Assembly: GCA_963924565.1 (NCBI GenBank)
Contig: OZ004613.1
Location: 12,958,001-13,022,000 of the forward strand
DNA: 64,000 bases
Reading direction: 5' to 3'
From: Ascidiella aspersa
Taxonomy: Eukaryota
Made by a program: the position numbers and the translations under genes. Position 1 is the first letter of the stretch; every line of letters begins with the position of its first letter. Under the pieces are notes generated by a model. The model was given only the letters and a program-made list of their open reading frames with translations. It had not been told where the DNA came from and searched no databases. Positions 49,752 to 61,700 of the stretch are shown piece after piece.

Positions 49752-52700
49752 TCAGTAATCGACTCCGAACAAATTGCGCAGTGCCGTGAGGACGCAGACC
49801 AGTAGTGCAAGGGCTAGGGTGCCGCGCGAGTAGGCCAGGCCGGCGGCGGCGCACTTGGCCGACTCGGGCGCGAAGCCGGCCTCGCAGGCCACCAACCGCT
49901 GAAAGCAGAGGCCGTCGGAGCCGAAGTAGTCGTCCTTGCATTCGCACGTGTAGTTTCCGGCGCCATTTAACGCGCACTCCGAGTTGCTAGGACAGGCGCC
50001 CGAGTCGCCGCAAGACTCGCCATCGACAGCCTCGCACCCGAACTCGTTTGCTTCGTGACCTTGCTCGCACTCGCACCGGTATCCACCGGCACTGTTGACG
50101 CAGTCGGCCTTGTAGAGGACGCACAGCGTGGTGTCGAGCGCACACTCGTCGATATCCACGCAAAGGCCGCTTTCCAGCTTGTAGCCGCAGTCGCACACGC
50201 ACTCGTACGCGCCGTCCGTGTTCTTGCAAGTGGACTGCTCGCCCGGACAGAGCCCGGCGTCTTGCTGACACTCGTCGATGTCCAGGCAGGTGCCTTTGAC
50301 TTGGTCGTACAGCCAGCCGGCCGGGCATTGGCAAGTGTAGCTGCCAGGCTGGTTGATGCATTGAGCGGTGTCCGGGCAGCGGTTGGTCAGTGAGCTGGCA
50401 CACTCGTCCACGTCCACGCAGACGTCGGCCTGCAAAGTGTAGCCGCTTATGCAGCTGCAGGCGAAAGAGCCCGCCGTGTTGGTGCACTCGCTCTGGGCAG
50501 GACAGGCATCTGTAGACGACAGGTGCATTTCGTTAAACGCTCCGATATATATTCGCTGAAAACCACCCCTCGCTGCATGTTGCATCATGGAGACTACTAT
50601 ATTCTTTCTAAATATGATTTTTGTTTACAACAAAGATACAAAGCACGTCTGCTCGTAGATTATTGCGCGTCGAGATAATCAACAGAATTGCCAGGGCGCT
50701 CGGGCGACATCTACTGATATACGTTAATCTCTTCTTTATGAATTCTTATCATTTGCAATGGGAAAGCAAAGTTTACAAAAAAAAAACAGTATTTGACGAC
50801 TTTCAATGCTGAAGTATCTCGATAGCTAAATCAGGGCATTGGCCCATAACTTGTTGGAAATATACAGCGTTTTTCAACAAGTTAAATATACTTTTTTTCG
50901 GACTGTAAAACAAGAAATAACGACCAAATCCAGTGAAGGAAATTTATTGTTGTCAAAGATGCGTAAACCAATTTTTGGTAATTTGTTTCGTGGTTATGAA
51001 ATATCTTGTGATGCAAACAAATGATGTTGTGACAAAGCAGTAATTCTTAAGTGTTTGCCACGACACAATAGTTTGCCATGAGAGATTCCAAATAGTTGCG
51101 CGTAACTTTTGTTTTAGAAAAAATAAACTATTTGCATTACAAACATGCATACAACCAGGCGGGCGAGACCTAAATGTATAGTAATTATTAATATTGTGAT
51201 TATATAAAAGCATTTCCCTATTATTGTAATGCATGCAATTTTAAAAACAAACAAAATACCCAATGCCAAAATTCTCGCCATCCAAGCCTAATAAACTAAT
51301 TGATATCAAGATAAGCCGTTTTAGCCTTTCTTAAATTGATTTTTTCGTGACATGGATTATTTTATAGATGTTGCCTAATTATATTTAATACAGAGCATTT
51401 GTGTGTATCTTTAGCAATTGCGTATTACAACAATCTATTCTGTCCTGTCTACTGTGTTTACGAATATGTCTTTTTAAAGGTGCAAACATGCAATTTGCAT
51501 GAATGTGCCGTTTTGTTGTGAGATAACCAAAACATGTTTGCTTTTTTTTAACGCGGCAAAAATGTCAGCCATGTAATATTAAGGGCACTATTTAAGTCAT
51601 AAAATTGTTGTTTTATAGAAAGTGTGCCGCGAATATTATTGTTTTTTACTCTTCACAATCCAAAAAACTTTGCCGTTGGATTTGGTTGGGTCGCCGACTG
51701 TAATAGGTCACATGCTTAGTTTTAGTGAGATTGGTTCGGGAAAAAAATTCTCCAAAATTTACGAAAATCTTACTTCTTCGTTATTCACTTTTGGCTTGAA
51801 AAATTCAATGAAAAGATTATGTCGCTGTTGCTTCGCTGTTACTTTTCGTATTTAGGTTGTCGCAAAAAAAAGTTGAGGAAAACTGTTTGGATTGAATGCA
51901 AGCTAGTTTTGGATTTACACACTGTATTTTTTTTTGTTTGGCAGATAGAAAAGCTTCTTGCTTCAAACAAAGTATACATTATTGACAGATCAGGTTATAG
52001 AGTTATTCTGTCTTCTGATACACGTTAGTGGATTAAGCCACTAAATCATTTCTTAAGTTGGTTATGTTCTTATTTCTAAGCAAGACTTTATTGTCAATTA
52101 TTTACTGTTTGAAGTAATGTTATATTGTTTAAAGTATTTTTTATAAAGATGAATACGTATAATAGCATTTTTTTGTTTCAGCATTTGTAGCTTTACTACT
52201 GTAAACCAGGCTAGAGTGTATAAAGGAGATTGTGCGATCACATATCAATCTGTTTGCCGAAATAAAGACCGGATATGACGATTTATACTAGTACCAATAC
52301 AGTTACACGATAATACATGAAGATACATACAATGGCTTGTACCTAGTCTATTAGCGTTATGTTTGTTTCAAAGTCTTTTTGCGAGTTGTGTTAAAACGTA
52401 GTAGGCAATTTTAGGAGAAATTTACCGACACAAAATTAAAGACTCATTTCAACATGTTAAGACTGCTGCTCGTGTTTTGCGACCTAATCTGGGATAACGG
52501 CACTTGAACGCGGAATTTCTTTCGTCTTTGTTTTTACCTTATTCAGTGTGGTCTTTTGAAGAAAACTTTTAGTTGTTATTTATTCATTCTAAAACGTTAT
52601 GCTTTTGCAGTTCGTTAATTTTATCGTTAATCAGCGAAACTGGGATGGTGACCATGCCGATGTTGGCATTTTATAATTTATAATACACAAATAAACGAGA

Positions 52701-55700
52701 CTTCGTTCATTTACTGAAAAGCGATTTGCGAGCACCAATTTTGTTCCCAAACATGTTAGATCGCCTATCAAATTGTAGTCAAGCAAAACAGGACTTACCA
52801 GAAGCTGAACACTCGTCGATGTCGCTGCAAGTCACCCCGTCTCCCGAAAATCCCTGCTTACAAGTACAAGAGTACGAACCGGGCGAGTCCTGGCAATCGG
52901 CCTGGTCGTCGCATGCTGCCAAGTAAAATCGTCTTACTTAAAACTGGTGAGATGCTAACGTGGGCAGCAAAACAAAATCGTTTAAGTGCTTGAGGTGTAT
53001 TTGAGTGGTAGTATCGTAAGGGTTTTTATCAGGAAAAATCAAATTCCACGACTAGACGAGCATGCATACAGGTATGGTGTAAAAAGGCTAATGAACAGGC
53101 AGGAAAGGGTAATCAGATTAATAATAATAGGGAGATTAACTGAGGGAAATTGATGTGTCTAGAGAGCTCTGTTAGGTATCTTTAAACGAGGAAGTTTCAC
53201 AAAAGAGAAAAACAATTTCTAATCGGAAGAACCATTAGCAATTTGCGAGGTCATCGCCACATAAAGAGACAGGTAATTTTTTGTTTAGGGCTTGACTTTT
53301 TTCAAGGTTTCAATCTTGATGAATAAATTTTGAGCAAAATACTTCATCTATAGGTGTACTACCAGCTAATTCTCTTCGTATAGTAACACAAGAAGGCTAT
53401 ATTTTAAAAAGCTGTTATAGAGTTGCTTTCAAACAATTTCGGGAACACTTTTCGAAAACACTGAAAAAAGGTATAGCAAAACTACCTAAACACATGCAGT
53501 TTTGTTTACCTGATCCGCAATAGCTGTTTTAACGACCGTTATACTTACGCGAAGTGGCCGCTTGGCACTCGTCGATATTGTTGCACTCGAACCCGTTTCC
53601 CTTGTAACCCGTGGAGCACGTGCACCGGTAGCTTCCCACCGTGTTGGCGCAGTTGGCGTTGGCGTCGCACATCGCAGCTCCAGTGTCGCATTCGTCCGCG
53701 TCCTCACAGTCGCCAGTGAAGCCGGTGGCGTAACCGCTCTCGCAAGCGCAGCTGTAGCTGCCTGCCGACGCAGGTAACGCGATTGTTTTTTAATAAATAA
53801 AATGGCGAAAAAAAACACGAGGAAAATAAAAGAAAAGCTCTCAGGCAGCCAACGACGATTTACTTTTGTATATCGCCATACTTCCGCTTTTTAAAGCCGA
53901 ATATTCATCGGAAGTACGGAGAGAAGATAACATCGCGAAAAAGCGTAACATAGAGTCGGGCCACTTTCGGCATATTAATATTGATAAGTGACATACCTTG
54001 CACATAAAAGGACACAATTCACAATTTTTTTGCACAGTTCATCTTTGTGCACTCTGGAGTGTAATTGCCCAGGGAAAAAATACACGATATTTGTAGTTTC
54101 ACACTTAAAGGTAAGGCGACTTTCGTTTGTGCCCAGTCGTTTGCATGCTGTGCGGCTCTCTGACGCGTATTTTGTGCTGTTTGGAAAATTTGTCATAAAA
54201 GGAAAACAAATTTTTGTGATTGTTTTAAGTGATCACCCTTTTCGTTAGGCTGTCGTTGTTAACAATAGTTTTTTTTGTTATGTTGTCCTGGCAGAAAACA
54301 GTCGCAGTATTTTATTTATTATATATAGTTTTAGTAATTTACTCAATTACATTTCACGACGATTAATTGTTTTATGTTGCGATTAATTGTGTTATGTCAT
54401 AACGTTGTGATGTAACTTTGAACGTCATTCCTGAAATATCCATGCCCCGAACAAAAAATCGTGAAAAAAAAACCTTCTGCTTTACGTAATTTCGCCAGGA
54501 ATATTTTAAGTTTATCTATACAGCAAAACAATTAACGTGATTATATGCACACGGAGTTCACTTGGCTGTGGCTAGTTCCAGAACCAAGTGGGACAAAGAT
54601 CCCTAAAACATCGCCGCTCTTGGTACACTTAAATAGCCAAAAAAACGGACCTTGATTTAAATCTAAAACAGCGCTGTATACTTACCGTCCGTGTTGGAGC
54701 ACTTTGAGTTCGGTCCACAGATTCCTGTCTGTTGCGTGCATTCGTTTACGTCCACGCAAAGTCCGGACACGTCCTCCAGGTATCCGTGTATGCAAGTGCA
54801 GGTGAAACTTCCCGTCGTGTCGACACATGCAGCGTTGCTCTGACACGGCGAAGTCAGGCACTCGTCCACGTTAGTGCAGTTGCTGCCGTCGTAGGCAAAT
54901 CCTGGCGGGAAATGGGGAAGCTTGCATTTAGTTCTATAGTCTTAGGATATTGTTGCCTCTTAATTTCGACTTTTTAAATATCATTATTATAAGGATGACT
55001 TTGTTGTTGTTGTAAACGACCTTAAACAGTTTGGTATTATTCTTAAGCTATCCAAAGTTACATGGAGTATAGGGTAAACTGTTTAGAAAAATCAATTCTT
55101 GCGACAACTATCGTACAAAATACAAATTAAACACAACTTTTGTCAATTCTAACGGATTATTTGGTTTTAGCTTTTCTCTTGATGTACCTTTGATGTTTTT
55201 CGGTGTGAAAATTAATACTTTGTCTTATCTCGTTTTTTAGTCAACAGTCAAGAAAAGTTGACGAAATAAACCAAAATTTTGTAATTGTTATTCCTTTTTC
55301 TAAAATTATTTTTATTAGAGTCATATTGAACCTAATTCATCAAACGCAATATCATTGCACAAGTTTAGTTTATTTATTTAGATTAGTGGTTTTCAACATG
55401 GGGTTCACGACCCCCGGGTGGGTCGTTTGCCTTTTCTCTGGGGGTCGCGAAGACGAAAATCAAAAATACGAATCACTATTGCTAGAATGCGAATTAATTT
55501 GCTTAAAAAATTAACTTGTAATGATAGTGAATGTTCAAACAGTAAGCTGCCTAAAAGAAAGTTGAGAGATAGAATATTATTTTAACAATGTAGGCTTGCT
55601 GTTGATTTCCCGGTATCAATCAAAGGTGCACACTTAAGTTTAGTAAAGAACTTTAAGTGAAAACTTAAACCTATAATTCAAGTTGCATTTGTTTATATTG

Positions 55701-58700
55701 CACGTTGTTTATCTTCAGACTCATTCAAGACAGAAATTTTTTACCGTTGTGACAAGAACCATATTTATTACATCACAATAACGATTATTACATCACATTA
55801 ACGATTAAACTAAATAAAAATCTTAATGGGGCGATTGCAGGCTTAAACCGTAACTTTATAAGCTAGTACGTATACTTTTTTCGTTAGTTTAACCAAATTT
55901 ATAACAATCGATCGAGAAATTTGATCGTTTTACCAATTTAAATGTGACTCTAATCTACTTAGGTCAATGTATCATTAATTCAAAATTGAGGGGTCGCGTA
56001 AGTTTCAAAAACTGGAAAAGGGGTCGCGACAACAAAAAGGTTGGAAACCACTGATTTAGATTTCCATGTCTCAGCACCGCGTTAAGATTGCCTTCTAAAA
56101 GATTGAATCTCACCTTGTATACAGCCGCAAATTCCGTTGGCCAGACAAACTCCGTTGATCGCTGGGCAAGTTACACTGCAGCGAGAAGCCGGCACCAATG
56201 TGCACACACCACCGACCATTTCGTATCCCGGGGAGCAGTTACAGCTGTAGCTTCCCTGCACAGATCAAAAAGAGCCATTAAAAACATTCGCGCCTTGTTT
56301 TCCAGAGGCATGTTATTTGAAAGTTCCTTTTTTAGGGCGAAATGGAAGAACCCGAATTAGCCTATCATGCGCGATGCAGTAAAATCTGCCTGTTCAAGAG
56401 TATTTTATTAATTGTTAGGTTCGAATAGTTGACAGCGTTAGTTAAAATATTGGGCATGTAAACGTATTATATGTAGTCAGTGATAACTTCGGAACGAAAG
56501 GTCACACATTCATGTATCTGAAATTTTTGTCAAGTTCAACAACAGGAACATAAGAATTAGTACTTGAATCACTAATCTGTGAGGTTTGGCGCCTCTCTTT
56601 GATTTTCTTGATTTACACTGTAGTTGTTTAGCTGACACTCAAATATTCCCATTTAAAGTTTTGCTGTAGTATTCCTGACCTTAAATTGCATAACGATGCG
56701 GTGTTTTAAGCGAAAACGATTCCTTCGGTTTTCAAATTGACGTTGTATATCATTTGCGACTCCAAACAACAGAAAAGTGACAGTACACCGATAAGCAATC
56801 ACAGACTCATTGAATCTGTCAATCACTGATACAAGCAAGAAGCAAGGCAGGCTAGGTAAAAAACTAGCCTGCAGTGAGATGCGAACTCACGACCTCCGGT
56901 CATACCGGAACCGTCGATCTATATCAGGGATGGCGAACCACTGTCCCGCGGGTCAAGAAGTGACCCACTACAGATTTTTCATGACCCACATGTCTCTTTG
57001 AAATGCCGCAATGTTATAAACCATTTTCAGGAAATGATAAAAGTAAAAACATTTTTTTTGGTAAAAAGTGCTATACTGTGTAAATCAGGGATGCCCAATC
57101 TGTGGGTCGTGCAAAAGTGTTTTAGGTGTGACGAGTAGGCCTACATTAACTGCTCTTTAACAAATGCGTGCAGAAAGGCAGACAACTTGAAGCATTTTGT
57201 TTATCGTTATGAATCGTTAAGGGTGGCGATCCTTAAAGGGAAATTAAGAGCTCGCAGACTAAAAATGATGAAAACCCTAGTTAAACCACGCTGAAAAGCT
57301 TTTTGCTGGACTGCTGTAATCCTACAAAAAATGCTGTAGCATTTATTAACTACTTAGGTTCTTAAAATTCATGGGAATTCAAACTTGTAAATCGTTTAAA
57401 AACCTTGAATGACTAACCTAGACAATAACACTTAAAACGACGCAATGTTTCGCACAAAATTAGCATATGATTAAATATATGACCCACTTGTGCACTTTGT
57501 AAGGATTAAGGTCGTGTTTGTGACCCGCGCGATGAAAAGGTTCGCCTACCCTGATCTATACCAACTGAGCTACAAAGGCCCAAAGAGGAGAGAGTATAGA
57601 TAAACAATCATAACGCAAATATATACGCAAATAATACTTGTGTGTGCCTTTCACAGAAAAGCGGTCACTTTAGACTAGAATAAAAGTGTTTTTTTATATA
57701 ACTGCGCATCGGCAGAAGGTGAACATTTTCGCCATTTTGTTTGTGGTGTAGGTAAAGTATACATAGTAAGTGTGAGTAAGGTAATAATTTTAGTATTTTA
57801 CTGGCTAAAAAAAAACGATGTTACCCAGGAAAAATGGCAGGACACACACACCCCACAGTGATCCGGTTAAAGACTAACGTCAAGCCGTGACCTTTTGTCG
57901 TAGGAAAACGTCTCACTTACAAATAACTTACCTCTGTGTTAAGGCACTCTGTGCCCGCGGTTGTGCAAGGATTTTGCAGGCACTCGTTGGTGTCCACACA
58001 CTGCGAGCCGTCGCTGTTATAGCCCAGCGGACAGTCGCACCTGTAGCTTCCCGCAGTGTTGGCGCAGGTGGAGCCGGCGTGGCAAATGTCCGGGGTGGCA
58101 CACTCATCGATGTCCAAGCACTGGTGAACGCCGGCTAGATCGCCCTGAAAATTACTTAGAAATGTTTGTCTTTTGAAAATGCGAAGATTGAGTTTAATTC
58201 TGACATACAGGGTGGGGAAAACCAGCATGCTATATACCAGGGGTGTTCAAATGATTTCTGCCATGATCCACCAAATACGAATAGTAAACATGTTGGACAC
58301 GCTTTAATTTTTATGGGGCTTTATTTATGTAAACGCGATAACTTTAATATTTAATCTCGTTTAGTGTTTGTTAACCTTCATAATTCAGGGCGCACGTGGC
58401 GAGCGAAACGAGCGCGATTTTTTTTGGTATAGCTGCATTTCTTTTAAATTTCTTTCAAGTTTTTATTACATTGCCGGAAATACAAAATGTTAAAAAATAT
58501 ATATGTTTAATATTTTTGAATAAGTTTTCCATTAACGGTAACGAAGCGCTGATCTATTTCAAAAGACCGCATCTAAACGTAAACAAGCTGGACGTAGAAA
58601 GATGATTCGCGCGAAGCGGGAAAATTTTTTTCGCACTTACGTAGTTAAAATAGTCAAAAAGTATTTGAAATGGACTCGTATCTAGTTTGTCAAAGAGGCG

Positions 58701-61700
58701 GCGGGCCGAATGAATTCAATTGGCGGGGTGCATCCGGCCCGCGGGTCGTAGGTTGCCAACCCCTGTTTTAGACTTTAGGTCTTACAATAGCATCGAATTT
58801 GGGTTTTCTGCTGCTGACTTAAATCCTCAAACGCTCACAAAGATTAGCATTTGGGAGTTTCTTTCTATGCTTGATCTTTTACTAAATTCATTAACACTGA
58901 CAATTGGTATTCACATGAAAACACTGCAGAAAGTTTGTTTTTTTAAGACTATAATTAGAAGATACGCACAAAACGCTGAAAAGATCCGGAACCGGATCGC
59001 GATCCGCCATTTGAACATGACCGCTATATACTATACGGACCAATTTTATTGCCAATTTTATTGCCCGGGCCAAAAACGGCAAAAATTGTCCTAATATAGT
59101 TTAAGGAAAATATTTTTATTTTGTGGCTAAATGTAGTTTTGTTGTTTGTAGCAAATGAAGAGTTTACGTGGGCCACATTATATGAGAAGAGGGCCGAATG
59201 TTCCCCATCCCCTTACTTTAAAACGTTTCTTTGACAAAATTCAATACCTTTACAAATATGTATCGTGAATAGCGTAATGTGAACGTTTTGAATATTTCTG
59301 TACGGGCTCTGTTGATGCTTTTTACGAATAGGCTCGGTTTATAATGCTGAAGACAACTGTATTGCAAATCGTAAACTGCATTTTAACATTGCAGTAGAAT
59401 GCAACTTACAAGTACGCTTTTTGGACATTCAATGGTCTGGTCTCATTTTCATAAAAAAGGGAAGGGGTTTACAGTCGGTTAGTAATTTTGGAAAATTATA
59501 CATTACACTTTTCTACTCGTATGCTTGCATGCATGCAGCAAGCTATAACACGTAATATAGGACACTTTTGTCAAAGGTTAAAACGTTCCAACTCAAAAGT
59601 CAAGTCGCAATACCCGCGGCGGAAAAAAAAGCTGGCATGCAAAGGTCGTTTTACCTTCTCGAAGCCGGTGGGACAGTCGCACGAAAAGGAGCCGTGCTGA
59701 TTGTTGCATACCGATCCGGGAATTGAGGCACAAGCGTTTGAAAGGCACTCATCGATGTCGTCACACCAACTGCCGTCTCCCGTGAAACCGCTCTTGCAAG
59801 CACAAGTGTGACTGCCTGTATTTTAAAACGAAGTTGTTGAGTAAGTCAGTGCCGCCGGTGCCTGTCCGCGTCAACTTTCTGCCGGTCCGCCAAATATGTT
59901 ACAATTTTATCTCTCAATTGCAAAATGCAAGATGTAGAAGGCTTGTCCATCAAATTTAGAACTTCGCCTGTTCCGTAATTTGCAGTTTTGTGACGTAACA
60001 TAAAGTTAAAGGTTTATTTGGTACTTTATTCTACGTCACAATGGTACAAGTATTGTGCCCAACAGTTTCGAAGTAGACTATAACTCGTCTAAGCAATACC
60101 TATATGCACTACGATTAAAACCTTGGTTTAAGTTTTCAACTTTAAGACCAGTATGTGAAAAACTTTAATAGAACCAGCAAATTGCTCATTAAATTGAAGT
60201 TTCCATTCTATGCTTTAAAGTTGCATTTTCTTTTTAAAGGTCCATCGGTCCGCAAAAATTGTTTTAAAGTTTTACCGGACCGTAAGCTAAAAAAAAATGA
60301 GAAACACTGGACTGCAAGTGTGCTTGGAATTAGCTCTCAAACGTGTATTTTCAACCGACGTATTGAACGTCACCGTCGACACCGGTTTGAAAAGATGCTA
60401 TTACAGTTTGGTTTATAAGAAAAGAAGGTCACTGTTTAAACTATTCTGAAAGCGAACGATATTGGAATTTTTAATACGCCCTTTAAAGAAAACCAGTATA
60501 ACAAGGTACTGGCTTTTATATCTTGACAAATCCTTTCGACCTCTACAATTGGCGTTATCGTTATAAAACCTAAAAATTATTTTCGGCAACTTTTCGTCGT
60601 CTATCACCCCACCCGTATGTTATTAAGATTTTTTTTTAACTTTAAACTAAGGCTTCAGCCTTTTCAAAGGACTAGAAAAAATCTGTCTACTGCGGCGAAA
60701 TATGTTTTTCTTTTAACAAACGTGTGTCTCCACTCTAATCCAGTGTTAAAGTTTTAATGTTTTTCCGTGCCTATAGAATACGAAAGGCCACTAAAGAAAA
60801 CGGTTTATTTGTATCTCACCAGGTCGGGAAACTGCCTAAGCTGTTGATATGCATTCAACAACTATATTGTCGATATGCAGGTCACCAACTATTTCTGCGG
60901 GCATAACTGCACAGGTTCAAACAAATCTTTAAACAGTTTTCTTGCCTTGTGTGTTCGTGCAAGTTGCGTCGAAGTCACAGTTGTCGGTGTTTGCCGTGCA
61001 TTCGTCCACGTCGGCGCACTGGACGCCGCTGCCCTCCCAGCCTGTCTTGCAGTTGCAGTCGTACTTGCCAATCGTATTGATGCACAACGCGTTGCGGTCG
61101 CAATGGTCGGCTCCTTAAAAAGACACGCATGTCTCAGAACTCAAGCCAATTGCATTTACAGCTTAAGGCCGACACCCGATGTAGTTCTAAAAAATTAAAG
61201 GCCTAGTTGCAGACCTCCAGAAAACCCATATATGAAAACCCATATAGATACGGCGAGAATCTAAAAACAACAATATACTAACGCATATGCAGATTGGACT
61301 ATAAATAAGAATATGGTATGGGTTGAAAATTTAACACAGGCAGTAAAAACTGAGTCTTACTAAACACACATAGGTTTTTCGTCATCAAACAAATCAAACG
61401 GTACGGTTCAACTTAATTAATAAATTAATTAAGTGAGGTAGAGGATTATTTTAAACCCTCATTCGTCAACTGGTAGCATGAATGAATTCCACATTGCGCC
61501 TTTATTGGCGTTATGAATAATTATTAAAATTAATTATAGACGGTTGGCAAAAGCTCTTTAGTTTATAAACGCCATACTCATTGGATGTTATTGCAATTTT
61601 TCAGATAATGGAATGGTTTGTTATTGGAATCAGCTGCCTGTCTGTGGACCAGTAATTATAGGGGGTCTAAGCGTAATTAGACGGCCTTTAATATAGGAGA

